From assembly GCF_009914755.1 (NCBI RefSeq), contig NC_060931.1: a stretch of 64,000 nt of DNA; one strand, written 5' to 3'. Of the stretch, positions 13,355 through 28,690 are shown piece by piece. This DNA is from the human T2T-CHM13v2.0 reference genome, Homo sapiens. How positions within the stretch are numbered: position 1 is the stretch's first letter; the number at the start of each line of letters is the position of its first letter. A program made the translations under genes and the position numbers. Below the pieces are notes generated by a model that did no database searches, was not told the origin of the DNA, and worked only from the letters and a program-made list of their open reading frames with translations.

Positions 13355-16300
13355 CAGCCAGGGATAGTTTTCTTTGGGGCTCCCTAAGACAACCCTTGGA
13401 TTCAATGATTTGTTAGAAAGACACTGAATTTTTATTATATTTGTGGGTACATAACAGGTGTATATATTAATGGGGTACATGAGACGTTTTGATACAGGCA
13501 TGCAATTGGAAATAATAACATTATGGACAATGGAGTATCCATCTCTTCAATCATTTATCCTTTGAGTTACAAACAATCCAATTACGCTCTTTATTTTAAA
13601 ATGTACACGTAAGTTATTATTGACTATAGTCACTCTATTGTTCTATCAAATAGTAGCTCTTATTTATTTTTTCTGCTTTTTTTGGTACCCATTAACCGTC
13701 CCCACCTCCCTTCAAGCTTCCCACTACCCTTCCCAGCCTCTGGTAACCATTCTTCTACTTTCTATGTCCATGAGTTCAATTGTTTTGACTTTTAGATCCC
13801 ACAAATCAGTGAGAACATGCAATGTTTGTCTTTCTGTGACTTATTTCACTTCACATAGTGATCTCCAGTGCCAACCATGTTGTTGCAAATAACTGGATCT
13901 CATTCTTTTTATGGCTGAATAGTACTCTGTTGTTTATATGTATCACGTTTTCTTTATCCATTCATCTGTTGACAGACACATGGGTTGCTTCCAAATCTTA
14001 ACTATTGTATTTTTCTATTTCTGTGAAGAATGTCATTGATACTTTGACATGGATTGCACTAACTCTATAGCTTGCTTTGGGTAGCACAGGCATTGAAGCA
14101 ATATTGATTCTTCCAATCCATGAACATGGAATATTTTTCCATTTTTTTGGTGTCCTCTTTAATTTTTTTTCATTAATGTTTTATAGTTTTCATTATAGAG
14201 ATTTTGGTTAATTCCTAGATATTTAATTTTACTTGTGGCTATTGTAAATGGGATTACTTTTTTATTATTTTTCAGATGGTTCACCGTTGGCATATAGAAA
14301 TGCTACTGATTTTTGTATGTTGATTTTATATCCTGCAACTTTACTGAATTTGTTTATCAGTTTTTTGGTGAAGTCTTTAGATTTTCCAAATATAAGATTA
14401 TATCATTTGCAAACAAGGGTAACTTTACTTCTTCCTTTCCAATTTGGATGCCCTTTATAACCGTCTCTTGTCTAACGGCTCTAGCTAGGATTTTCAGTAC
14501 TTATGGTGAATAATACTGGTGGGAGTGGGCATCCTTTTCCTGTTCCAAATCTTAAAGGAAAGGCTTTCAGGTTTTCCCCATTCAGTATGATACTAGCTGT
14601 GGATCTGTCATAAATGACTTTTATTATGTTGAAGTATATTCCTCCTATCCCCAGTTTTTTAAGGGTTTTTATTATGAAGGAATATTTAATTTTATTATGA
14701 AGGGATATTTAAACTTATCAAATGCTTTTTCAGCATCAATTGAAATGATCATATGTATTTTATCCTTCATTCTGATGAATGATGAATTACATTGATTAAC
14801 AGACTTCGGTATGTTGAATCATCCTCACATCCCCGGGATGAGTCCCACTTAGTCATGATGAATGATTGTTCTAATGTATTGTTGAATTCAGTTTTCTAGT
14901 ATTTTGCTGAGGATATTTGCATCAATATTCATCAGAGATAATGACCTGTAGCTTTCTTTTATTGATGTTACTGCTTTTTCTTGTTTCTATTTGCATGGAA
15001 TACATTTTTTCATCCCTCTATTTTCAGTTTATGTGTGTCTTCACGGTTAAATGTGTTTCGTGTAGGAAACAGATCAATGAATCTTGTTTAGTCATCCATT
15101 TAGCCAGTCTATGTCTTTTGATTGGAGCGTTTAGTCCATTTACATTCAATGCTATTGTTAAGTAAGGACTTACTGCTGCCATTTTGTTATTTGTTTTATG
15201 GTTGTTTCATGATCTTCTCTTCTTTCTTTCCTTCCTGCCTTCCTTTAGTGAAAGTGATTTAGTTTCTTGCTTTTTGTTTTTTGTGTATCCTTTGTATGTT
15301 CTTTGATGTGAGGTTAACATAAGGCTTGCAAATAACCCATTATTTTAACCTGATAACAACTTACCACTATTTGCATAAACTAACATCAAGAAGAAAACTA
15401 ATAAAAACTCTAAACCTTAACTTTGTCCCCTTGCTTTTTAACTCTGTCATTTCTATCTTATGGTACTGACTATAAAAAGCTGTTGTAGTTATTATTTTTG
15501 ATTGGTTCATTGTTTAGTCTTTCTACTTTAAGAATAGGTTACATACCACAGTTACAATGATATAATATTCTGTGTTTTTCTCTGTAGTTGCTATTACCAG
15601 TGAGTTTTGTATCTTCAGGTGATTGTTTATTGCTTCTTAACATCCTTTTCTCTGATTAAAGTACTTCCTTTAGCATTTCTTAAAGGACAAGTCTAATATT
15701 GATGAAATCCCTCAGCTTTTATTTGTCTGGGAAAGTCTTTATGTCTCCTTCATGTTTAAATGATATTTTCACTGGATATACTATTCTAGAGTAAGAGTTT
15801 TTTTTTTTTTTCCTTCAGCACTTTGAATATATCATGCCACTCTCTCCTGGCCTGTAAGGTTTCCACTGAGAAGTCTGCTGCCAGATGTATTGGAGCTCCA
15901 TTGTATGTTTTTTCTTTTATTTTGCCCCTTTTAGGATCCTTTCTTTATCTTGACCTTTGGGAGTTTGATTATTAAATGCTTTGATATAGTCTTCTTTGGG
16001 TTAAATCTGCTTGGTGTCCTATAATCTTCTTGTACTTGGATATTAATATTTTTCTCTAGGTTTGGGAAGTTTTCTGATATTATCTCTTTGAATAAACTTT
16101 CTACCCCTATCTCTTTCTCTACCTCCTCTTTAAGACCAGTAACTCTTAGATTTTCACTTTTCAGGCTATTTTCTAGATCCTATAGCCATGCTTCATTGCT
16201 TTTTATTCCTTTTCTTTGGTCTCCTCTTTGTATTTTCAAATAGCCTATCTTCAGGTTCACTAAGTGATTTCTTCCGCTTAATCAGTTCTGCTACTGAGAG

Positions 16301-18135
16301 GCTCTGATGCATTCTTCAGTATGCCAATTGCATTTTCAGCTCCAGAATTTCTGCTTGATTCTTTTTAATTATTTCAATCTCTTTGTTAAATTTGCCTGAT
16401 AGAATTCTGAATTCCTTCTCTGTGTTACCTTGAATTTCTCTGAGTTTCCTCAACACAGCTTGTTGTGAATGCTGCCTAGCCTTGGACTCATCCTTCAGGA
16501 TTATGAGCTTCCTTTCTGGCCCAGGGAAGGTCCAGAAATGCCATCCAAGAGCCAAGTCCTGGAATCAGAGACCTCAAGAGCCCACTTGGTGCTCTATCCC
16601 ACTGTGACTGTACTGGTACCTAACGTGCAAGACAAACTCCCGTTTACTTTTTCCTCTGCTTTTCTCAAGCAGAAGACGTTTTGCCCCATAGCCATTACAG
16701 CTGGTAATGTGCTGAGTCCCACCTGAAGCCAGCAAGTCTCAGAGGTTTACCCAAGGCACTCAGTATAGTACCTGGGTATCACTACTTGTTATTCAGAGCC
16801 CAAGGGCTCTTTAGTTAGTAGGTGATGAATGCTGCAAGGATGGAGTCCTTTCCTTCAAGGCAGGAAATTACCTTCTGGACAAGGATGTGTCTAGAAATCT
16901 CATCTGGGAGCTAGAGCCTGGAAGAGAACCTTACAACTCTGACCAGTACCTGATCCTGCTGTGGCTGAGCTGGTATCCTGGATGTAAGACAAAGTCCTCT
17001 CCACAATTCCCTCTACTGTCCTCAGGCAGGAAGAGTCTCTTTCAGAATCACAAGCTGTGCAGCATGGGATTAAGGGAGGGATGATACCAGCACTCCCTTG
17101 GCTGCTCCAGCTGGTGTCTCAGTAGGTCACATGCTCCCTACCAAACCCCCCCCAGTCCACTGTCTCTGGGCCTAGTTTAGCCCTAGAACTTGCCTAAAAG
17201 TTGCAGACCTTAAGGCCTAGACTGCCTTTTAAACTTATTTGAGACACAGAGTGCTGTAGCCCTCAGCGGTGAGCTTTGCACGCACTCAAGTTTCGACCAC
17301 TGGGACTGTCAATGCCCCTCTGGCTAGGGCTGGTTCAAATGCTCTCTCCATGGGTGAGCCTCAGCTGAGTTTGGTCCAGTTTTCCTTTCTGCTCTAACAG
17401 GAAAGCACTGAGTTTAATGCCTCACAACTGCTGTGTTCTCACCCCAGCACCCAGAGACACTCTTCACACCATGCCCATCAGTGGGATTGGGGGGGGTGGG
17501 GGGGTAGCATAGGTGATTTACAACTGTTTTTTCCATCCCTTCAGTGCCTCTTTCAGCAACGTGAAGTTAAAGCCACGTACTATGAGTGCTCACCTAATTT
17601 TTTGTTCTATGAAAGTGTTTTTTTCCGTGTAGATAGCTGTTATTAACTTGGTGTCCTTGCCGGACGGGAGATGGGTACAAGGTGGAGCTTCCTATTCTGC
17701 CATCTTGACACATAGAATTTTAAAAAGAGCTTATAGTGACAGATATGGCTTATTATAGTGGAAATATACAAATTAAAATCACCCCAAAAGCATATCAGGC
17801 AAAGTCCAGGAGAAACTAGGTGCAAGCTCCCAGTTATCTTCTGTCAGTGGAGTCACGCCTACACCATTCAACTCTTCTTTAAGAAATGTTATAGCACACA
17901 TAAAGTATTACTAATCAGGGAGGCTCCCCTGAGCCTTGGTGTCCAGGATCTTTAATGGGACTTGGTCACATAGCCATAGCTGACCACTCTCATGGGTCTT
18001 CGGACCCACCTGGAGGTCAAAAAGTCAAGCTCATCTATACGATCCAAGGCCCCCACAATCACATTTTAGTAATAGAGTATCTGGCATGGGCCAAGGCCTC
18101 AGGTAAGCAAATACACTCCTATCAGGCAGAAGGTC
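13355..18135. mobile_element. MER21/MER77-like LTR split by the L1 (13355-13430 and 17708-18135)
   Basis: 'ggggctccctaagacaaccctt..gattcaatgatttg.tagaaagac' continues after the L1 as 'ttattatagtggaaatatacaaattaaaatca..caaagtccaggagaaactaggtgcaagctcccag..cagtggagtcac'. Confidence 0.65.
13431..17707 (-). mobile_element. L1MA1-4-like LINE-1 spanning 5'UTR to 3' end, with two large internal deletions
   Basis: 3' end 'gtgggtacata.caggtgtatatatt.atggggtacatgag'; ORF2 pieces; ORF1 remnants (LRKLREIQGNTEKEFRILSGKFNKEIEIIKKNQAEILELK in ORF 16316-16555); 5' start RC 'caagatggcagaatagg'. Degenerate TSD acactgaatttt / acacatagaatttt. Confidence 0.88.
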
Positions 18136-21100
18136 AACTTGCTGAGTTAATCCTTTATTGCCACCGGTGGAAAATGAATTAGTTTGTTGTTTATGAGATT
18201 CTAAAGAAATTTTTACTTGCTTTAATTACTTCATTTTACTAGGGACTGAAATGCTGAAAAATTCCTATGTACACAATCTAGAATTTTATTTGAAAAAAAA
18301 TTATAAATTATATAGTTTGATCCGTTACTTTAAAAATGAGAAAATTAAAATTCAGAAATAGCGATTTGTTTATGCACTCTAACTTCAAGCCTGCTGGCAT
18401 TTAACCTGTTGCTCTTTAAACATATTAATTTAAAAATCAGCTCTAATGATTTTTCCTTATTTTACATGGAAATAGAGAATACTCATTTAATGCAAGTGTA
18501 CACATAAGAGAAAATCCAGATTCATAAAGCCTTTGATTGAATTTATATTTATCTAACTTTGTTAATTTTTTTAAGTAAACCTCAATTTTTTAATTATTCT
18601 ATTGGAAACCCTTTAACAATAATAACCAAAATTCTAATCTAGGCTGTATGTGTCCCTGAACAACCATGATGTATTTTGGCATTTAAATGTTCTCACTGCT
18701 TTCTCCTTCTGGTGCCCAAATTTGTATCAAAGCTGACCATCTCATTAGACCTGAAGATTTAGGTGTTTTTTTAATTGTTATTTTTTAAGTTCTGCGATTC
18801 ATCTGGGGAAGGAAGCAGAAAGAATACAAGGGTCTCTCACCTGCTCCCTCCCTGGTGTCCTTGGTCTGCCTTAGACAGGCTTCCACCTGAGGATATATGC
18901 GTTGTGCTCTGCACAAAAGTGCTCAGAAGAGAATATGGTCTGGCTGACATCCAGACCATATTCTGTTTGCCCAGCCAGTGGCTGCCCAGGAATATATCCA
19001 ATGAGAGGGCTGCCTCTTTTCAGTTCTCACCAAGGTCCTACATGGCCAGCTGCAGCCTTGGCCTTAGAAGCTGTTTGTCATCATCAAGGTGGCATTCGGG
19101 TTTCTGCTCCCATATTGGATATTTTAATAGATTTATAGGAGTCTCTAAATTTTTTTGAAGCTGCCCCCTTCTCAGTAAAATCAAAAAGTTGTCAGCACTC
19201 TAGACATATACAGTAGCTTTTTAATGTTATATTCATGTTTTAACAAATGAATCTATTATATATTGTAAAACATGATAATATAACATAATATCAATACAAT
19301 AATACAAATGATAAACTTAAAAAAGAGTGGTAGTTCTTATCTATTTTTCCTGGCCCCCAGTGGAAACTCGTGTCTAATCATTGAAAAATACATCCCCACT
19401 TCAGATACTACTGTTCTAGAAAACGAATCTTGGTTCTAAAAATTATTTAAACATATACCCACACTCCTCTGAACTATTTATCCCCCTGGGATGACAGTCT
19501 GCCCAGCTGAATCATCTCCACTGAATGCACCCAGACAGCTGCAGCTCTCAACAGAAGCTCTCTAACAGCATTTTAAAAGGAAGGCCTGTTTCTTAAAACA
19601 TTATAACATATTTTAAACATACATAAAGAGTTTTTAAAAATCACACTGATTTCCTCACATTGACCTAAATTCCTAAGTTTAAGTCTTCTGTATCCTGATC
19701 TGTCAATGGTGGGAGTGGAAAACATCTGCTCTCATTCTGTGTGTGTGATTTCTTCAAATAATAGTGACAATAATATCACTATTATATAAAATGGCCACTT
19801 GTCTAATTTTAAGTCACATATTAATTGGCTATTGGTGTCCTAGTGCATTTTGCTGAGCAGAATGATAGAGTCATTAGGACACAAATCTATCAAGGATATA
19901 TAACCATTTAAGGAAATGAATGCTCTTTGATTGTTTTGGCAATTCAAACAAAGCCTGTGAATTCAGCCCAAGCACCCAGTGGACTCTGCAAAGCTGCAAT
20001 TCTAGGCAGGCACAAGGGCCCATTTGACTTCACTACAATCACAAAAATGCAGGCACACTAGAGATTCCAGGGGACTGAAGAAGAATTAACAATGTGAGCT
20101 GCCATTTGACTCTGCCAACATTATTTAGATCATCCTTGTAATCACAGGATCGTGCATCCTCCAGACAAGGCTTTGGACAGAGAAAATGACCCCCTGAAGG
20201 ATTAGCAGGCTTGGCTCTGTACCCCAGCCTCTGAGACTGATCCAGGGCAAGACCACAATCTTTTCTTACCTCCGTCCCTTTAAAGTGTGCCCTCAGTGGG
20301 ACAATGATGCTTTCTGTCATTAGATTTGGCACACTTAGAAACACATAAAATGTTAAAATTGCTAAGGCAAATTTGTATGAATGTAGGCAAACTTTCAGAG
20401 AGCTCAAATTTCTGAAAAGTATAATCCACCACAGTTTACTCTGAGGAACAGACAAGGAATTCTGCCAAATTATGCATTATTTTTCTGCATATACTTAAAA
20501 GATAAAAACATGACGCTAACTGATGTCAGCATCCTACACACTCAAAAATGAAAATCCAGTATCTGCTTTTAGAGATTCACTGAGCAAGATTATGTCCACA
20601 CTTATTAAACTGAAGGTTGAACTGCAGCTACTGTGGCGAGGTTGGGGGTAGAGGAGCTATTTAGGAAAGTAGTTGAGGTGAAAATAAAAGCCCCAAAGCT
20701 ATGGTTCCCCAAGACCAAGGGGGTTTATTTTGATGGGTCCTTCAAATGGTAGAGAGCTCCACCTTGTTCCCTCAAGATGCCCCTGGGAATTTGTAGGATA
20801 CAAAGAAAGAAATAGTGTATGGTAAGTCTGAGAAGCCAGACACCATGTCCTCAGCTCACAGCTTAGACTAAATCTCTCATAACCAAGTTGATTTGAAAGC
20901 AGTAAAGCTAACCACTGGGCTTGGACAATGAGCAAACAGAAGTGATTAATATGGGAGAAAAAAGGGGACTACCCCAAGTATCAGATGACCTTAGAAAGGA
21001 GAGCTGCTGCTAATATGACAGAATGACAGAAACTGATTTTTTTTCCCAAATTAGTGGGTGGGTCTGGAGTAGATATCACTCAATCTTTTAAAAATTCAAG

Positions 21101-22254
21101 TACAGCAATTCATATACTCACAAAGATGGGTAAAAATTATACTGTACTACTAATATCTCACATCCATTGGAATTGATTGATTTATAGTCTGCCTCATTTG
21201 AAATTTGATGTAAGAAAATGGTTGTCATTCTGGTAAGGATCATCTCTTTTTCTAACCCTCAAGTTATAATAAAAAGTATTTGCGAAAAAAAGTATTTGTG
21301 AAAATGAGAATATAATTCCAGTATAACAACATTATTTTTGTTAATCATAACAAAGGTTGGCATCTACTATGCAACCTGTTGGTTTTTCTAAACTAAAATT
21401 GTATAAATATATAATTGTTTATCATGTACATTATGGTATTAATTTTCTAATATCGTTTGGGAAGAAGGTATTCACCAGAAGTAAGCAAGTATACATGTGT
21501 TTTGTCTTTATTTTAAAAAAATAAATATTTTAGCCATATTAGAAAGTATGTAGAGTAAGAAACATCCATATACTCATTATAGGTAGAATTGAAAGCTTTC
21601 TGTTCAATTTCCAAACTCTGTTAGATGTCATCGAAATTCTGATCTTGGCATTTAGATTCCCATAGACGTTTCTTATAGTTGTACCAATAATTATGTATTT
21701 GAAAACTATATAAAAATTTTCTACATTTGAAAATGTACATAAGTAATATTATATATGTGTGTATACTGAATATATGTGTGTATATATGTGTATACACACA
21801 CGTGCACACACACATACCTTCTGAAACTTGCTTTTTTGACTCAAAATTACATATTTGCAATTTACCAGGGCTGATATAAGTAGTTGTAGTCCATTCATCT
21901 GCTATACACTATTCCATCAGATTTATCCATTCTCTAACTGATGAAAATTTATATTGATTCCAAATTTTCATACTACAACAGCTCTCTCAAGCAATCCTTG
22001 TTTGTGTCTCTTTGTCCACAAGTGTAATAATTTTTCTAAAATAAACCTAGAAATAAAATTGCTGATGCTGAGGGTATAAACATTTTCGACACTGTGGAAT
22101 TGCCCTCTGAAGAAGATGTATTGATTTATCACCTGTCACCAGCATTGTATGAGACTTTCCATTTTATCATATTCTTAACATATGGCATTGTCAGACTTTT
22201 AAATGATTGCCATCCTGGTGACTTTTAAATATTTGTCATGGTATTTCATTTGTG

Positions 22255-22930
<676 letters not shown>

Positions 22931-24449
22931 TAACATTGTACTATCCTGCCTACAATTGAAGATATTTTTATAATATTTATTGACTTGATCTGGATTTCAT
23001 GTCTGTTAATTCCCATTTTTTTCATTGAATTTTTGCTTTTTTATAAAATTTGCCAAAATTCTTTGTATTTTTAAGCTTTCAACCCTTGGTAAATTATATG
23101 TATTTAAAATAACATCTCCAAGGCTGTGACTTGTCTTTTTCTTTTAGTGCCTTTAATTCAGAAGTGATGTTGTTTGTAAAGCTGTTTTTGTTTTAATATA
23201 GTCAAATTTATCACTTTCTAGTTTGTAGTTTTGGTGGTTCAAGGAATTCTTCCCTACCTTGAAGTTATCTTTATTGTTTTAAGATGTTATATAGAATGCA
23301 AATACTTTTTTCTACTAATTCTATTTACAATAATATTTACTGTGACATTTGAAGATGTTACAGTACTGGTTTTGATGGAAATTCAAATGGGAATTCAGAG
23401 ACATGAAATCCAAATAAAGTCAATATTCTAAATTTTCTTGAATTTTCTAGGTGGGTAATTATATGATCTGCAGGTAAAGAGAGTTTTTGTTTCTTCCTTT
23501 CCAATTCTTGTATTTATTTTGCTTTCTTACTGTGCTGGATGAAATTTCAAATACAATATGAAATAAAAGTAGTAGTAGCAGGCATTTAAAATTGCATCTT
23601 GACTTTGAAATAATTATTCTAAAATTTTATTATTAAGTATACTACTTCCTATAAGTTTTTGGAAGAGACCTTTTACAAATTTAAATAAACTTCCTCCAAT
23701 TCTATTTTGATAAAAGTTTATCATTAAAAGGTGTTTTACTTTATTAAATTATATTTCTCTATTTAGTGATCAACTGGTTTTTCTATTGCAAAGTAATTTT
23801 AAAGGTAATGTAGATTAATGATTTTTTCACTATATCAGTATAATTATATTTTAGCTCACATCTAGTACACTTTTAAGCACGAAATAGTAAAGAAACATAT
23901 ACATATATAGCTATTGAACAAAATCCTTCTAAAACATATTCTACATTCCTCTGCCTTGTAAAATAAAATATGCTAAAAGATATGAAAGTGTTTCATAATT
24001 ATTCAGGGTAATTAGAAAATATATAATAAGCAATTCTAGAAACAGCCAATATTTTTCTTTCTTCCTCTTTCCCCATGTTTGAATCTCATATCATCAGTCT
24101 ACAACACCTTCTAACTGCCTCTTGAAGTCCTCTACCAACCCCCAGGTCACTCCATCTCATTCCTTGAAGATTTTAGTTTCCTAGTTTATTGTCACTCCCT
24201 TCAACATAACAGCTATCATAGCTCCTGGAGTAGTAATCACATATGTGATGCTTTTCCTACCAAGCACCCTTAGTTCCTTGACCTCTCCTTACTTACTTCA
24301 GCAAAGCCCTTGATCTTGTTATTAGCGAATGCTGGAGCCTTGTCCTACTCTCCATTTTGTAAGTTCTCCACTCTCCATCAATAATCTTTCGCTATTCCAA
24401 CTGTCCTCTTCTTGTACTGTAACTTCTACAATTTTTGAATCCAAATTAA

Positions 24450-24877
<428 letters not shown>

Positions 24878-25546
24878 TCGTTTTGTTTACTTTCTTCTTC
24901 TTGCTTCAATCATGATGGAATCCCTCTCTTTGCCCATTTCATACATGTCCCGGCAGATAAAAATTTCAGGAAATACACATACACACACTCACTCACTCTC
25001 TCAGGCTGGTCTAACATTAAATTCATAAGCACTAACCTCAAGTGAGACTTTAATACTACCCAGTTCTCATCTCTACTACATTTCTCCTGTCTAGCCATTC
25101 CTCTACTTTGATAAACAACTATTTTATGTTATCTAAACTTTTCTCAAACTTCCAATATTTTCTTTTTCACTCTTGCTCTTCAACTGATGACCTTGCTTTG
25201 TATTTATTTTTCTGAAAAAGAAAATAAAGCTTCCAAAATTCCTACTATCCCATTAGCCAACCAATTGCATCTGTCTCATATTCCCTGCCTTTTCGCCTGC
25301 TCCCATTAATGGAATATCATTGCTCTTCCTAAGAACAATACACCTACTCCTCCATTAGATCTTATTACCTCCCACTTGATCAAAAATACAACCCAAAAAA
25401 CTCTCTATTCCCTCTGCCTAATCATTTTTTTCCTTTTTACTGAATTTTCTCCCTCAGTATAAAATATAACACTTCTTTCATTAATGAGATAAACAACCCT
25501 TCTTTTCCCTACAGGTACTGCCCCATTACTTTCCATTCCTCTAAAA

Positions 25547-25768
25547 CAGGGGTGTCCAATCTTTTGGCTTCTCTGGGTTATATTGGAAGAAGAATTGTCT
25601 TGGGCCACACATAAAATACACTAACACCAACAATAGCTGATGAGTTAAAAAAATACAAAAAAAAAAAATCTCATAATGTTTTAAGAAAGTTTACAAGTTT
25701 GTGTTGGGCCACATTCAAAGCCATCCTGGATTGCCTCCAGCCTGTGGGCCGTGGGTTAGACAAGCTTA
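25547..25768 (+). mobile_element. MER30 (hAT-Charlie) within L2
   Basis: 'caggggtgtccaatcttttggcttc.ctggg...ttggaagaagaattgtcttgggccacacataaaatacactaacac' through to 'gggttagacaagctt'. Confidence 0.9.
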
Positions 25769-26344
25769 CTCAAGAGCCAACCATTTGAAAAGTGTTTTCA
25801 ATTTTGTCCCTGCCATTTTTATTTAAATGCACTATAATCAGGCTCATGTCTAGGTTATCAGTAAACTTCACATTTCCAAACCCGATAGGTTTCATTATAC
25901 TTGTTTTGCTGGAGAAATTGACACCTTAAGTCATTATCTGTTAATGAAGCATAGGCACCAAGATGGCAGTAATTTTGTGCGTTTTTTTTTTTTTTTTCTA
26001 CATCCATATCTCTGTGACCAAAACCAGTTTTTGGCGCATAGTACCCAGCAAATATTTGCTGAATGAATAATTTCTATCTCTGTCAGTCTTTAGCCATCAT
26101 TTGTTTCCACTTTCTGTGTGGCTGCCTCTAGCATGCTGACTCCATTCCTTTCTAATATGTTACTTCTGATACTATGAAATGGGTCAAAAGATAATGGTGT
26201 TAAAACCTTGCTACAGAAGACACATATAGTCACTATGTTAATGACTGGAGAACTCTACAGTAACTAGAATGTATGAACCTGAATAAATTTTGTTTTTGAT
26301 TTTAGCTAACAAAATTTTTTTTTTTCTTTTTGATTTTGGTTTCT

Positions 26345-26700
26345 CAATATTTTTTATTGTGGTAGAAACATTTAACATGAGCTCTAATCTCTTAGCAAAT
26401 TTTTAAGTGTAAAACACAGCGCTGTTAAATATAGGTATAGTGTTGTGCAGTAGATCTCTAGAACTTACTCATCTTGCTCCACCAAAACTTTATGCCTGTT
26501 GATTAGTAATTCCTCATTTCCCTTCCTCCAGCCCTTAGCAATCACTATTTCACTATGATTTTATGAATTTGACTGTTTTTGATAACTCATATAATTGGAA
26601 TCATAAAGTATTTATCTTTCAGACTGGCTTATTTTACTTAGCATAATGTCCTCAGGGTTCATCCATGCTGTTACATATTGCAGAATTTCTTGATATTGTT
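26345..26700 (-). mobile_element. L1MA9/L1MB-like 3' end fragment
   Basis: 'gtggtagaaacatttaacatgag.tcta..ctcttagcaaatttttaagtgta', 'gcagtagatctctagaacttact', 'ctggcttattttacttagcataatgtcctc'. Confidence 0.8.
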
Positions 26701-26904
26701 TAAATGTAGTTAATTTAACTAGATAAAAGAATTTGGGATAAGTGACGTATGACAATGATTAGTACTAATGATTTTCAAGAATAATACATAAGGCCCTTGA
26801 GTGACTTTTCAATAGGAAGATGATGTCATTGATGGGGAGATGCCAATAGGCCCATTGTTTTGATGTACAGTTTTATTAATGGCAAAGAACACAGGAGATT
26901 TGCT

Positions 26905-28435
26905 GAGAAGCTAATGCAGTGTAATCTTCAGAACCGCACAATTGCATAGACCCCTTCCAAGTCCCTGAGAGATGCTAGCAATGCATTCCTGTGGTCATAT
27001 TTTTGTATACAATGAAAAAGCAAGCTGTTTTACCTCAAGTGGTTCATATCCCTGTTATTTCTCTCCAATAAGATTCACTTCTAATATTTGTGGGACTTGT
27101 GAAAAAATATAGATGAAGGTCTCCATCCTGCAGCCCACCTCCCTTAATACTACAGACTCCATCTTACTAGGTAAAGGTCTTGGACATGTATGTCACTCTA
27201 ACTACCTCCATCTTCACTCCATCTATACTCTACCCACCTCCATTCCTGCAAACACCCCACCCCAGACTTCTACAGGTCTAAGGAGTTGTATAGCAGGAGT
27301 GAAGAATGACAGGATATGGCTGGGAGAGATGCTCAGTGATTCCTTGGAAATAGGCTTGAGGCTATGCAGGGCAGGAAGTTCTAGGTTCCCAGATATCTGG
27401 ATCATGGTGGTAAGGAGTGCAGGGGGTAAGAGTGGGGTTAGGCACTGGCTCTAAGTGGACATATCCCATGGCCCTTCAGACTCCTTAACCTGTGGGGAGT
27501 GGCATGGATGGGGAAGGACTCAAGAGAGACTCTCTAAAACCCAGGGCCTACAGTAGAGGCCCTAGTTTTCCAGTTCTAAGAGCAACGCTGATTTCCACTT
27601 CCTCTCTGTCACAACTCCCCTTATAAGATGCTGTTGCAGTAGCCATGAGAATGTAGGAATAGGAGGCAGTTGATTTAAAGATAGAAGTTTTTAGTGGAAT
27701 ATATATTTATATGGTTTGCCATTACTTCCAAGTATAGTTTAATTAGTGCCAACAATTCTGGTATAGAAATAGTTTTCAGGAATCCTCCCTCTAATGTCTA
27801 TACTGACTTACTCTTTAGATGACACAAAAGGGCATGGTCAGGGGCACATCATGAAATGACACTCTGATACCTGGAGCTAGATTATGTAGGGTGAGCAAGG
27901 TTTGAGGATAGCAACAAAACCTAGTAGAGAAGAAAGAAAGTTTGAAATGATGTATCCAGAAGATGATCTGCAGGTAATTCTAGATCTTAAAATGTGTATA
28001 TGAAAGACTCTTGATAGAGGTTTTCCCAAATTTGACAAAAATCCCAAGAAGGTACATGGTATCACCAATAACAAGTAATAACAACAATATACACTTTTAA
28101 AAATTATCAATAATTAAAAATAATTAAATTGACCATATTACAGAAAAGATTGACTTTTTATTCTCTCAGAAAAATAACTACATGAATCATTGCTACATAA
28201 AGAGGTGGTCAGAGACCATGAGGCCACAGAAGTAGGAAAAACAAAGACTGTAAATGTGTAATTTTTCTGAGATTTGTGATACTTGTAGTATTTATCAGCT
28301 TTTAAAATTTATAGTGTATTTAACTACTTTATACGATTAGGTATTTTTGTATTCACAATTTTACTTTCTTTTTCTATAAGAAGGGCTCCCAAAATTGCAT
28401 AAGCTTCAGGCACCACACAACCTGGACTTCCCTGG
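26905..28435. mobile_element. hAT-Tip100 (Zaphod/MER115-like) DNA transposon fossil
   Basis: 'gatagaggttttcccaaatttgacaaaaatcc' (hAT dimerisation-domain-like remnant) and terminal 'agggctcccaaaattgcataagcttcaggcaccacacaacctgga'. Confidence 0.55.
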
Positions 28436-28654
28436 CAAAGAAAAAGAAAATATCTGTTTGGAGATGACAATTCAAAGAAGGAGAATTGGGTGCAATATGC
28501 CCCCAGACTAGTAAGGCCCATCACAACACTCCAAAGTTCCCCTGGAAGAAATATCACTGCTCCGGAGGCCACCTGCACAGAGAGAGGATTCCACCAGACA
28601 TAAGAGGCTCATCTTGACCCTTCGTGAAAGGAAGGTTACATGCCCTATTCCTCC

Positions 28655-28690
28655 ACACACACACACAAACACACACACACACACACACAC
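28655..28690. repeat. Interrupted (CA)n microsatellite
   Basis: Read directly. Confidence 0.9.
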
